Part shown: in pieces, positions 9,559 to 19,084 of the stretch
How the letters are laid out: every line of letters starts with the position of its first letter
Position numbering within the stretch: position 1 is the stretch's first letter
Origin: Candidatus Spongiisociaceae bacterium
GTDB lineage: Bacteria > Actinomycetota > Acidimicrobiia > Spongiisociales > Spongiisociaceae
Assembly (NCBI GenBank): GCA_965219685.1
Contig: CBDCOH010000002.1
Span: 1,920,001 to 1,984,000, forward strand
Direction: 5' to 3'
DNA: 64,000 bases
Notes under the pieces: model-generated
Seen by the model: only the letters and a program-made list of their open reading frames with translations
What the model was told of the DNA's origin: nothing
Databases searched by the model: none
Position numbers and translations under genes: made by a program

Positions 9559-11118
9559 GTGAGCCGCCTGCTCGTCGTCGGGGACCCGGTCGTAGCGCTG
9601 GCCGGCGGCCGCAGCGACATCCTCGACGACGGGGCACTGATCGTCGAGGGCCGGAAGGTCACCGCGCTGGGCCGCCGCGAGGATCTCGAGAAGCGGGGCC
9701 CGTTCGACCGGGTGGTCGGCTCGCGCAGGCACCTCGTGATGCCGGGCTTCATCAACGGGCACTTCCACTCGATGGGGGCGGGCTCCCCCGGCCTCTTCCA
9801 GTACGTCTTCGAGCGGATGAACACCCGCATCTTCCGCCGCGCCATGAGCGACGACGACATCAGGACCATCATCCTCGTGGCGCTGATGCGGGCTGTCAGA
9901 GGCGGGCAGACGGGCGCGGTGGACTTCAACTACGGCAACCCCACGTTGGTCGACTTCGGCAACCCGCCCATCCTGGACGCCTACCGAACCATCGGGATGC
10001 GGGTGGCCCTCGGCATGGTCACCCGGGACGAGAACATCTACATCCATGCCCCCGACGACGTGTTCCTCTCGTCGTTGCCGGCGGAACTGGCCCGCCAGGT
10101 CCGGGAATCGACGATGGGGTATGCCTGGCCCACCGACGACGTGGTCGCCTCATACCGCCGGGTCCACGCCGAATGGGACGGCTACGACGGGCGCCTCCGG
10201 GTGATCCTCGCCCCGGACTGGACACCGGCCTGCTCCGACGACCTCTACCTGCTGAACAGGCGCCTGGCCGACGAGTACGACACCGGCATCACCACCCACC
10301 TCCTCGAGACCCGCTCCGAGATGCTGTTCAACCTCGAGACCTACGGCAAGACCGCGATGCGGCGGCTGGCCGACATCGGTGTGCTTGGACCCGACGTCAG
10401 TTGCGCCCACTTCGTCTGGGCCACCGACGAGGACATCCGCATCCTGGCCGACACCGGCGCGGTGGCGGTCAACAACCCGGGCTCCAACCTGCGTCTGAGC
10501 ACGGGAATCGCCCGGGCCCGCGACATCCTCGACTCGGGAGCCGCGCTGGCGTTCGGAACCGACTCGATCTCCTTCTCGGACATCGAGGACTTCTTCCAGG
10601 AACTTCGCCTCGCCATGTACCTTCAGCGAATCCCCGCCGAGTTGGAGATCGGGCGCTTGGACTCGCTCGAGGTGCTGCGCCGGGCTGCCTCCTCCGGCGC
10701 CCGGGCCATCCGCCAGGAGGCGAAGCTGGGATCCCTCGCCGAGGGTAAGGAGGCGGATCTGCTCGTCCTCAGCAAGGAACGGTTGCTATGGCCGGAACCC
10801 AAATACGCTTCGGTCCCGATCCTCGACGTTCTGCTGGACAGGGCCACAGGTTCCGACCTGGAGACGGTGCTGATTGCAGGACGGATCGTCCTCGACGAAG
10901 GCCGTTTCACCACCGTCGACGAGCAGCAGGTCCTGGCGGACTTCGCCGAGGCCGGCAGGGAACGGCTTTGGGTGTCGTCCGCGCAGGGTCGCCGAGAGGC
11001 GCAATTGGCCGCCCATGTTGAGCCGTACGTCCTCGACTTCTACCGCGAGTGGGCGTTGAGGCCGCTGACCCCTGCGTACACCTACAACGCGCTAGTACCC
11101 CCGCAGGAGGTGAGGTAG
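9559..11118 (+). CDS. Metal-dependent amidohydrolase/deaminase (SsnA/AtzA/MTA-SAH deaminase-like)
   Basis: MPGFINGHFH, THLLET, AHFVW, NPGSNLRL, FGTD, GSLAEGKEADL. Confidence 0.9.
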   Translation: MSRLLVVGDPVVALAGGRSDILDDGALIVEGRKVTALGRREDLEKRGPFDRVVGSRRHLVMPGFINGHFHSMGAGSPGLFQYVFERMNTRIFRRAMSDDDIRTIILVALMRAVRGGQTGAVDFNYGNPTLVDFGNPPILDAYRTIGMRVALGMVTRDENIYIHAPDDVFLSSLPAELARQVRESTMGYAWPTDDVVASYRRVHAEWDGYDGRLRVILAPDWTPACSDDLYLLNRRLADEYDTGITTHLLETRSEMLFNLETYGKTAMRRLADIGVLGPDVSCAHFVWATDEDIRILADTGAVAVNNPGSNLRLSTGIARARDILDSGAALAFGTDSISFSDIEDFFQELRLAMYLQRIPAELEIGRLDSLEVLRRAASSGARAIRQEAKLGSLAEGKEADLLVLSKERLLWPEPKYASVPILDVLLDRATGSDLETVLIAGRIVLDEGRFTTVDEQQVLADFAEAGRERLWVSSAQGRREAQLAAHVEPYVLDFYREWALRPLTPAYTYNALVPPQEVR

Positions 11119-11120
11119 AG

Positions 11121-11918
11121 ATGCCGTTCACGATCTCACCGTTGGTCATGGCCTATGGACCGCAGCGGGAGAAGTCCCGCTTCACCTTCCTCCACAACTT
11201 CGGGGAGAAGATCGACCTTCCGTACGTCTCCTGGCTCATCCAGGACGCGGAGCGAGGTCTCAACGTGCTGGTCGATGTCGGATGCAGCGCGGAGGAATAC
11301 GCCAACCACATCAAGCCCCCGGACGACACCAAGCTGCGGCACGCAGGCGAGGAATTCGCCGACGTGATCAACATCCGTCCCCTGGACGAGCTACTGGCCG
11401 ACAGGGGACTTGAGACCGATGACATCGACTTCATCGTCCTGACCCACCTCGACTGGGACCACTGCATGAACCTTCCGCTGTTTCCCGATACCAGGGTAAT
11501 CGTCCAGCAGAAGGAGTGGGACGCTCTCCCACCCCATCCGTTCATCGCGTCGGGATTCGCTCCGGACCACCGCTACGAGGAAATGGCCTTGAGAGGGATG
11601 GAACTGACCGAGGGCGATCAGGAACTGGTGCCGGGACTGGACGTGCTGTTCACCCCCGGACACACGCCGGGAGGCCAGTCGATCGCGGTGGAGACGCCGA
11701 AGGGCAGGTACGTCATCGCCGGGCTCTGCACCATCTGGGAGAACTACTTCCCCGACCCCGAGATCCTCAAGACCGCCAAGTACGAAGTGATTCCCCCGGG
11801 AGGTCACACCGACCTGTTCGATGCCTACAACAGCGTGGTACGGATACGTGACGAGGCAGGCACCCAGCTTCTCCCCGCGCACCATCTGGAGGCGTTCGAC
11901 ATGGAGCCCATCGGTTGA
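11121..11918 (+). CDS. MBL-fold hydrolase (N-acyl homoserine lactonase family)
   Basis: VLVDVG, THLDWDH (HxDxDH variant), TPGHTPG, C-terminal PAH. Confidence 0.85.
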   Translation: MPFTISPLVMAYGPQREKSRFTFLHNFGEKIDLPYVSWLIQDAERGLNVLVDVGCSAEEYANHIKPPDDTKLRHAGEEFADVINIRPLDELLADRGLETDDIDFIVLTHLDWDHCMNLPLFPDTRVIVQQKEWDALPPHPFIASGFAPDHRYEEMALRGMELTEGDQELVPGLDVLFTPGHTPGGQSIAVETPKGRYVIAGLCTIWENYFPDPEILKTAKYEVIPPGGHTDLFDAYNSVVRIRDEAGTQLLPAHHLEAFDMEPIG

Positions 11919-12295
11919 ACGCTCCAGATCGGGAGACCGGGAACCAGGTCGTAGTGGCGGCAATGGTCGGCGCCCTCAATGAGGCCGACATCGAGCGGTT
12001 CGTCTCCTACTACACGGACGACGTGGAGGTGGACATTGTCCGCTTCGGACGGCGCCTGAAGGGTGCCCGAGCGGTAGGCGCGTGGATCGAGGACGCCTTC
12101 GACGCCCTCGACGGTTTCTGCAACGATGTCGTCGGCATCTACGGGGATGGCGAAGTCATCGCCCTCGAGGTGATCGCCCGCGGGACGGCTAGGCGGCCGT
12201 TCGCCGGGAGGTCGGTCGGAGAGCCCCTGGATGCTCAGGAGGTTTACATCTACACCTTCCGGGAGGGCAAGATCGCCGACGTCCGCGCCTATTAG
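11915..12295 (+). CDS. SnoaL/NTF2-like protein
   Basis: 126 aa, YYTDDV, G..AV..W, FREGKI..VRAY; overlaps the upstream stop. Confidence 0.78.
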   Translation: MNAPDRETGNQVVVAAMVGALNEADIERFVSYYTDDVEVDIVRFGRRLKGARAVGAWIEDAFDALDGFCNDVVGIYGDGEVIALEVIARGTARRPFAGRSVGEPLDAQEVYIYTFREGKIADVRAY

Positions 12296-12587
12296 CGGTC
12301 TGTCTGCGAACTGATTGCCTGCGTCCCGCATGCCGTCGAGACCGCTCGCTGCGTTCCGTCTCCTCAACGCAACCCGTCTGCCCGGAGTTCCAGCGCATTC
12401 CCGAGAAAGATAACAATATCATTCTCCAATAAACACGAATCTGGCCCTTTCTCGCGAAAGATGGTCTTATCTTGAAGTGTTGCCCGGACCTATCGGACAT
12501 GCCCGGGGAAGCACGAGACCAAGGCCAGGCAGAGATCGGTCGTTTGCGTCCACCTACGATCACGGTAGAAAGCAGCAGGAGGCGTGG

Positions 12588-13172
12588 ATGAGTCTAGGCG
12601 AGCCTGTCCCATCGGATGTCCGTACGCGGCTGATCGAGTTGCGGGCCGAGGTCGTCGGCCACCGTGACCGTGAACCTCATGATGGGTACAGCCGGATCGC
12701 GACCGAACAGGCCATCGAAGGCGGCCTGGAGGGTAACGCGGCGATCGGAGCCCTGATCGTCGACCCGGACGGTGAGGTGATACTGATCGAGCGGAACCGG
12801 ATGTTCGTTCCCCGGTTCCGGAGCGACTTCCACGCCGAGATGGTCCTCCTCACCCGCTACGAGAATCAGCACGGCAACCGGGGCGACCTCAGGGGCCACA
12901 CCCTGGTCACGTCGCTGGAACCGTGCGAGATGTGCATGATCCGCATCATCAACTCGGGTGTGACGAACACATTGTACGTGGCATCCGACCTGGGTAAGGG
13001 GGGCATCACCGGTCCCAACACTCTGGCGCCACACTGGGCACGCCTGGCCGAGCCCCAGAACTTCGCGGCCGCGGACTGCTCTCCCCGGATAGCGGAACTC
13101 GCCCTCGAGGCCTTCCAAGTCACGATCGGCGGGATCGTGGAGAAGATGATGGCCCGCCGACTCCCCAGCTGA
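12588..13172 (+). CDS. Zn-dependent nucleoside/nucleobase deaminase (cytidine deaminase/TadA-like fold)
   Basis: GNAAIGALIV, HAE, SLEPCEMC; RBS AGGAGG before ATG 12588. Confidence 0.85.
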   Translation: MSLGEPVPSDVRTRLIELRAEVVGHRDREPHDGYSRIATEQAIEGGLEGNAAIGALIVDPDGEVILIERNRMFVPRFRSDFHAEMVLLTRYENQHGNRGDLRGHTLVTSLEPCEMCMIRIINSGVTNTLYVASDLGKGGITGPNTLAPHWARLAEPQNFAAADCSPRIAELALEAFQVTIGGIVEKMMARRLPS

Positions 13173-13443
13173 CGACAAGGCGAGCCGCGGCGGGCCCCCG
13201 GCAGCCAGACGATTAGTTGCTAGTCGGTAGTTGTATAGCGTTGTGTACCAATAGTACAGCGCAGTCGCTTCCGGTCAACCTCTTGGAAATACTCACCTAG
13301 ATTCAGTCTGTTCTAGCCAGAGAGCTTCCACGGCTCGAAGTCTTGATCCTCGGCTCCGGGCTCCAAACGGCACAAAGGCCGCAACCGACGTGGTGACCGG
13401 CATCGAATGCCATCGCTCCGCACACAGCCACCCCGACGCGCTG

Positions 13444-14184
13444 TTACTGGATTCCCACCATCTTGTCATCCGTGAGGTGCCGGACCGCATCGTCCATGTG
13501 AGCCGTGATCGCTCTTGACACCTCATCGCGATCGCCCGCGCGCAAAGCACTGAGGATTCTTCGATGCTCTTCCACCAGATGAGTGCCTTCGGTGTAGGCG
13601 CCTTCCAAACGGCGGAGACAGATGGCGGTCTCGACGAGCAACGTAGCGAACATTCTCGTCAACCTGGGACTACTGGCGGCCTCGACTAGCTTCTCATGGA
13701 AGAAGCGATCCGCCTCCAGGGTCGACCTGAGATCCGATACAGCAGCAGCCTCCTCGAGAGAACTCAGAGCAGACTCGAGGACTTCCCAGTCGACATCATC
13801 GGGTGCCCGGACTATGGCCTCGGCTGCAGCCGTCTCGCACGCGGTACGGGCCAGGTACACGTCCAAGACGTCTTCGCTCGTCAGTTCCCTGATGAAGACG
13901 CCTCGCCTCTTGTTCACTGCGAGGCCCTCCTGGATCAGGCGTTGCAGTGCCTCGCGTACGGGCGCGCGGCTCACACCCAGTTGTTCGGCCAGACGGGTCT
14001 CCACCATCCGGGTGCCCGGAGAGAGGGTTCCATCGAGCATCGCCTCCCTGATCCTGCGGGCGATGAGCAGCGCGGTCGGCGCGCGGGCAATGGGCTCCAA
14101 CTGGTCCAGACCTGTAGCCCGCCCACGACCGATCGCTGATCGACCTGTTGAACGTGTCACTGTCTCGGTCCGGCCCGTCATCAC
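13444..14184 (-). CDS. GntR family transcriptional regulator (FCD domain)
   Basis: LAEQLGVSRAPVREAL HTH, DRFFH, EHRRIL, HM; divergent from the dehydrogenase; exact start uncertain. Confidence 0.92.
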   Translation of the reverse strand: MMTGRTETVTRSTGRSAIGRGRATGLDQLEPIARAPTALLIARRIREAMLDGTLSPGTRMVETRLAEQLGVSRAPVREALQRLIQEGLAVNKRRGVFIRELTSEDVLDVYLARTACETAAAEAIVRAPDDVDWEVLESALSSLEEAAAVSDLRSTLEADRFFHEKLVEAASSPRLTRMFATLLVETAICLRRLEGAYTEGTHLVEEHRRILSALRAGDRDEVSRAITAHMDDAVRHLTDDKMVGIQ

Positions 14185-14230
14185 CCAACACCTCGAGTAT
14201 CCCGCTCCGCGGAACTCTAGCCACTGCTCC

Positions 14231-14257
14231 GCCTATCGTCGATTGTCGACGATAGGC
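14231..14257. promoter_or_regulatory. Candidate GntR operator palindrome
   Basis: GCCTATCGTCGA-TTG-TCGACGATAGGC in the divergent gntR/dehydrogenase intergenic region. Confidence 0.7.
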
Positions 14258-14298
14258 GATTCTCCTATGATCACGAGAAACCTCTTAGTGAGTGACCC

Positions 14299-15339
14299 GT
14301 GATCGCGCATCCTCCAGAACCGCGACCCTCCCTTGTGGTGGTCGGAGAACTCGATGGACGTGTCCCTCCGGGTATCGAGTCCGTCACAGACCGAGTAATG
14401 GTTCGCAGCGTGCGGACACCGTCCGAACTGGCAGGAGTGCTTCCGGACGCATCGATAGTACTTCTATGGGACTTCAGTTCGACACTCCTACGAAGACACT
14501 TCCATCTGGCCCGGAACCTCAGGTGGGTCCACGTCGCCGGCGCCGGAGTCGACGCGGTGATGACCGCAGACATAGCCGCCGGCGATGTCGTGGTCACCAA
14601 CGCACGCGGGGTGTTCAATCGATCTATCGCAGAAACGGTCGTAGCGATGATGCTCGTGTTCGCCAAGGACATGCTCACGACCATCGCCCTTCAGGCCGGG
14701 CGCACCTGGCTTCACAGGGACACGGAAATGCTCGCGGGCCAGACCGCGCTGATAGTGGGCGCTGGAGAGATAGGCCGCGCCATCGGCAATGCGCTAGGCG
14801 CGCTCGGGGTCGAAGTCACCGGGGTGGCGACGTCGGAACGACACGATCGTGACCTCGGGCGGGTGCGTTCTGTCGAGGAACTCGATGCCTTGCTACCCGA
14901 CGCAGACTTCGTCGTCCTGGTCGTACCGCTGACCAAACTCACCCGGGGAGTGATCGGCGCCGAGCAACTCGCTTCGATGAAGACGACCGCCCGCTTGATC
15001 AATGTGGGCCGCGGGCAGCTGGTCGACGAAGGGGCCTTGATCGCCGCTCTCCAATCCGGATCGATAGGAGGTGCGGCGCTCGACGTGTTCCAGACTGAGC
15101 CCCTCCCGCCGGACAGCCCTCTGTGGGCGATGCCCAACGTCATCGTCTCACCCCACATGTCGGCCGACTTCCACGGATGGCTCGAGGCTCTCGCTGAGCA
15201 GTTCTACGACAACCTCGATCGGTGGTTGGCTGGCCGAACGCTGCTGAACGTGGTTGACAAGAAGCTGGGATACGTTCCCGGAGCCCCCGCACCCGAAGCC
15301 CGACCTCGGCCAAGCGGCCTCACCGACCGTGCTCCCTGA
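14299..15339 (+). CDS. D-2-hydroxyacid dehydrogenase
   Basis: GAGVD, TNARG, GAGEIG, INVGRG, ALDVF, SPH. Confidence 0.93.
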   Translation: MIAHPPEPRPSLVVVGELDGRVPPGIESVTDRVMVRSVRTPSELAGVLPDASIVLLWDFSSTLLRRHFHLARNLRWVHVAGAGVDAVMTADIAAGDVVVTNARGVFNRSIAETVVAMMLVFAKDMLTTIALQAGRTWLHRDTEMLAGQTALIVGAGEIGRAIGNALGALGVEVTGVATSERHDRDLGRVRSVEELDALLPDADFVVLVVPLTKLTRGVIGAEQLASMKTTARLINVGRGQLVDEGALIAALQSGSIGGAALDVFQTEPLPPDSPLWAMPNVIVSPHMSADFHGWLEALAEQFYDNLDRWLAGRTLLNVVDKKLGYVPGAPAPEARPRPSGLTDRAP

Positions 15340-15388
15340 TATCAGGATGTGTTCAGATGCGCGCCGGACCCTCCTGTCCGTCAACTCC

Positions 15389-16657
15389 TCATCCGGTGGC
15401 CTCAGCCAGTGCCTCGTCGAAGGCCTCGACCGCCTCCTTGATCTGAGCTTCGGAGACGATCAATGGAGGCAGCCACCGGACTACTTGGCCGAACGCACCG
15501 CAGGGGAGTAGCAGCAACCCGCGGCGTTCGCATTGATGTCGCACCTCGGTGGCGGTATCCCCATCCGGCGTACCGTCGGCACGGGTGAACTCCGTCCCGA
15601 TCATCAGGCCCCTACCCCTTACATCGCCTATGACCTCGTACCGCCGGGCCACATCCTGCAACTGTTCGACCAACCGTTCACCGACCACCGCCGCGTTCTC
15701 GACCAATCGCTCCTCCCTGATCACATCGAGCGTCGCGAGCGCAGCGGCGCAGGCCACGGCATTACCGCCGTAGGTACCCCCTTGAGATCCGGTCCAACCC
15801 TTCCCCATCAACTTGCGGTTCGCTGCCATTGCCGCCAGCGGCATGCCCGAGGCCAACCCCTTGGCTGTGATAACGACATCCGGAGTGACACCTGATCGAT
15901 CATGCCCCCAGAAGCTTCCGGTCCGTCCGAACCCGGTCTGTACTTCGTCGATGATCAAAAGGATTCCATGACGGTCGCACCGGTCCCGGAGCCCCTGCAA
16001 GAATCTGTCCGGAGCCGGCACGAAGCCGCCCTCACCCAGGACGGGCTCCACGACCATGGCAGCGGTCTCGTTGGGCGCGGTCTGGGTGGCAAGCAGGAAA
16101 TCCAGTTCCTTCAAGCAGAAGTCCACGGTCTCCTCCTCGTCCCAGCCATAGCGGTACGCATACGGGAACGGAGCCACGAAGACACCGGCCATCAGGGGCT
16201 GCAGACCATCCCCATAGCCGGTCTTCGAGGTGGTCATCGACAGTGACGCCGTGGTACGACCGTGGAATCCGCCGTGGAAGACGATCAGGTTCGACTTACC
16301 GGTCGCGTTGCGGGCCAGACGAATGGATGCTTCCACCGCTTCGGTCCCGGCGCTCACGTAGAACAGGCTGTCGATCTGCCCAGGAAGCACCCGGGTTAGA
16401 CGGCTGGCGAGTTCCTCGAGACGCGGGTGGAGAACGGTGGTGTACTGCCCATGAATCAACGTTCCGGCCTGCCGTCGAATGGCGTCTACAACCCTCGGAT
16501 GGCAGTGACCCGTGCTGGTGACTCCGATACCGGACGTGAAGTCGAGGTAACGCCTCCCCGCGGGATCGATTATGTACACGCCCTCCCCCCGGGCGGCGTG
16601 TACGGCGGTGGCCCGCTTGAGGAGAGGAGACAGGTGGCGAGGTTCTGCGTGCAGCAT
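15389..16657 (-). CDS. Class III PLP aminotransferase (GabT-like)
   Basis: YLDFTSGIG, FHGRT, EPVLGEGG, DEVQTGFGRTG, TAKGLASG, GGTYGGN. Confidence 0.93.
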   Translation of the reverse strand: MLHAEPRHLSPLLKRATAVHAARGEGVYIIDPAGRRYLDFTSGIGVTSTGHCHPRVVDAIRRQAGTLIHGQYTTVLHPRLEELASRLTRVLPGQIDSLFYVSAGTEAVEASIRLARNATGKSNLIVFHGGFHGRTTASLSMTTSKTGYGDGLQPLMAGVFVAPFPYAYRYGWDEEETVDFCLKELDFLLATQTAPNETAAMVVEPVLGEGGFVPAPDRFLQGLRDRCDRHGILLIIDEVQTGFGRTGSFWGHDRSGVTPDVVITAKGLASGMPLAAMAANRKLMGKGWTGSQGGTYGGNAVACAAALATLDVIREERLVENAAVVGERLVEQLQDVARRYEVIGDVRGRGLMIGTEFTRADGTPDGDTATEVRHQCERRGLLLLPCGAFGQVVRWLPPLIVSEAQIKEAVEAFDEALAEATG

Positions 16658-16669
16658 GTCCTACTCCTA

Positions 16670-16685
16670 TGTCGATTGTCGACAA
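16670..16685. promoter_or_regulatory. Candidate GntR operator
   Basis: TGTCGATTGTCGACAA just upstream of the aminotransferase start; same core as 14231-14257. Confidence 0.68.
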
Positions 16686-16800
16686 GATACAGAGACTCTA
16701 CCCTGCTCGCCCGACGGTTGAGCCTGCTGCCGGATCCGCAGGCAACGAATCTGGCGGAACAACCCACGACCACGGTTCCTCCCGATAGGATTCAGGCGCG

Positions 16801-17649
16801 ATGCGTTTCGCTCTCAACGTCCCGAACTTCGGTGCTCTCTCGGATCCCAACACGCTGATGGACTTGGCCGCCGATGCTGAGCGGTCCGGCTGGGACGGGT
16901 TCTTCCTCTGGGACCACATCCTCCTGTGGGACCGGAACCCGATTGCCGATCCTTGGATAGCGCTGGCCGCGATCGCCGTGGCGACCGAACGGATCCGGAT
17001 CGGGCCGATGGTGACGCCGGTCGCCCGGCGACGGCCCTGGAAGGTGGCTCGGGAAGCGACCTCGCTCGATCACCTGTGCCGGGGGAGGTTGGTGTTCGGT
17101 GCAGGTCTCGGTAACCCGGCGGATGCGGAGTTCGAAGCGTTCGGCGAGAGTCCCGATGCGCGGGTTCGGGCTGCCAAACTGGACGAGGGCCTTGAGATCA
17201 TCGCCGGCATGTGGAGCGGCGAACCGTACGACTTCGAGGGCGAGTACAACCGGATCCAACCGTTCTCGTTCTTGCCGTGTCCCGTCCAGCAGCCCCGGAT
17301 CCCCGTTTGGATCGCCGGAAAGTGGCCCAACCGTGCTCCATTCCGGCGAGCGGCACGTTGGGACGGGGCCTTTCCCATGCGAGTCGGTGACGAGCAGATG
17401 ACACCTGGCGATGTCCGCGAGGTCGTCAGCTACCTGAACAGGTACCGCGACTGCGACATGCCATTCGATGTGTCGATATTCCTGGAAGGCATGGTCGACC
17501 GGAGCGGCGTCGAACCCGGGCTGATCGAGGCGTTCGCCTGCGCCGGGGTGACGTGGTTGCATGACGGCCCTGGCTTTGACGATGCTACCGACGCCGGTGT
17601 CGAGGCCTTCCGCCAGCACATCCGGAGGGGACCGCCAAGCACCTCCTGA
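16801..17649 (+). CDS. LLM class flavin-dependent oxidoreductase (possibly F420-dependent)
   Basis: GWDGFFLWDH, DPWIALAAIA, RIGPMVT, GRLVFGAG, PVQQPRIPVWIAG. Confidence 0.9.
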   Translation: MRFALNVPNFGALSDPNTLMDLAADAERSGWDGFFLWDHILLWDRNPIADPWIALAAIAVATERIRIGPMVTPVARRRPWKVAREATSLDHLCRGRLVFGAGLGNPADAEFEAFGESPDARVRAAKLDEGLEIIAGMWSGEPYDFEGEYNRIQPFSFLPCPVQQPRIPVWIAGKWPNRAPFRRAARWDGAFPMRVGDEQMTPGDVREVVSYLNRYRDCDMPFDVSIFLEGMVDRSGVEPGLIEAFACAGVTWLHDGPGFDDATDAGVEAFRQHIRRGPPSTS

Positions 17650-17754
17650 CACTGTCGGATGGGCTTCGTCCCTGCCTCGATAGGCTGCTCCCGGGCGAAG
17701 GCCTGATCCGGACAGTTGCGACGCAGGGATGCTGACGGTAAAGTTCCGAACGCG

Positions 17755-17768
17755 TATTGTCGACAATA
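17755..17768. promoter_or_regulatory. Candidate GntR operator
   Basis: Perfect 14-bp palindrome TATTGTCGACAATA upstream of the M24/SDR operon. Confidence 0.7.
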
Positions 17769-17831
17769 GACGACCGGCGAAGGAGACTCCGCTGGGAGTC
17801 TGTCACTAGTGAGCACGGAGGAGATGGCACT

Positions 17832-19046
17832 GTGACACTGACGCCTGTGAAAGCCCCACCGCCACGCGGCGATTTCGTCCACAGCACGCCAGAGGAGCGG
17901 GAGCGGCGCCTCAGCCTCCTACGGGAGGGAATGGCGCAGCAGGGCCTCGCTGCTCTGGTGGTTTGCGGTCGAGACGACATCCGGTACCGGGGACGGACCT
18001 TCTGGGTTTCAGACGTGTGGCAGCTACTCGCCGACACGCATGTAGTGATCCTCCCGGAGGGGGATCCCATCTTCATCGGAGGTCAGGTGTTCGGTCTCGA
18101 ACAGGCAGAACAGGCTCTCTGGCCGGGTGAATTCAGGGTGAGCGGCCTTTCGGGCACCGAGATCGCCGACGTGCTCAGCTCAAACGGCCTGGGCAGCGCG
18201 GCGGTCGGAATCACCGGTCTCTCGGATGCCTCGTTCGCGTCCTGGCACCTGCAGCAGATCAAGGACGCGCTCCCCGATCTCGAGATCCATGACGCTACCC
18301 AACTCTTCGAGGACGCCCGGCACACCAACAGCGAGGAGGAACTGTATTACCTCCGCGTGACCTCGGAGCTCTACAACGACATCTACGAGGTCCTCGAGCC
18401 GAAGATCCGGCCGGGTATGACCGAGATCGAACTCGCCGCGGAGTCCCACAAAGTGTCCCGAGAGCTCGGCCTGCGCGACCCGATGGTTCTCATGCAGACT
18501 TCGCCTTACGGACCGCTCAGCTTCGGCACCACCAAGGTGATCGAGAAGGAAGACATCGTAACCCTATGGATCGAGTCGGCCGGTCCCACGGGCTACTGGC
18601 TGGAATACCGACGGTGCTACAGCTTCGGTCCCCCGACCCCCGATGCCCAGGAATTCTGGGATCTTTCGGTTGACTCGCTCAACGCCGGGCTCGCAGCCAT
18701 GAAGCCGGGAGCCATGGCGTCGGCGTTCGTGGAGGGGGTCCACAACTATCTCGTGGAGAACTCCGAATACCACTTGGGCTACACCCACGCCTCGAACCCG
18801 CACTCCATGTTCAGCCTGCACGGTATCGACTGCGACGCCATCAAGGGTGTATGGGTTCCGGGGAACGACCGGGTTCTGAAGGACACGGAGGTGGTGAACA
18901 TCCACCCGACGGTCGAGTTCAAGGATCACGCCACATTCGAGAAATACAGTTGGCTCGGGATCACGGACAACGCCCTGGTGACCGAGGACGGCGGGGTCCT
19001 GATGACGCACTCTCCCGACCTCCCCGACGGATTCAAAGAACTATGA
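17832..19046 (+). CDS. M24 (pita-bread) family hydrolase with atypical metal-ligand set
   Basis: Creatinase-N-like start, IRPGMTEIEL, GYWLE, HGI, NIHP, DNALVTEDG; GTG after GGAGGA. Confidence 0.8.
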   Translation: MTLTPVKAPPPRGDFVHSTPEERERRLSLLREGMAQQGLAALVVCGRDDIRYRGRTFWVSDVWQLLADTHVVILPEGDPIFIGGQVFGLEQAEQALWPGEFRVSGLSGTEIADVLSSNGLGSAAVGITGLSDASFASWHLQQIKDALPDLEIHDATQLFEDARHTNSEEELYYLRVTSELYNDIYEVLEPKIRPGMTEIELAAESHKVSRELGLRDPMVLMQTSPYGPLSFGTTKVIEKEDIVTLWIESAGPTGYWLEYRRCYSFGPPTPDAQEFWDLSVDSLNAGLAAMKPGAMASAFVEGVHNYLVENSEYHLGYTHASNPHSMFSLHGIDCDAIKGVWVPGNDRVLKDTEVVNIHPTVEFKDHATFEKYSWLGITDNALVTEDGGVLMTHSPDLPDGFKEL

Positions 19047-19084
19047 GATCACCGATCGGACAAGGAAACTAGGAGGCCGCCATC

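Noticed and set aside
11121-11918. Quorum-quenching function for the AHL-lactonase-family gene
   Set aside because: Family name alone is insufficient; operon context and the variant motif favour a metabolic role
12300-12480. AT-rich stretch as a mobile remnant or ncRNA
   Set aside because: No repeat, ORF or convincing structure seen; most simply the promoter region of the deaminase
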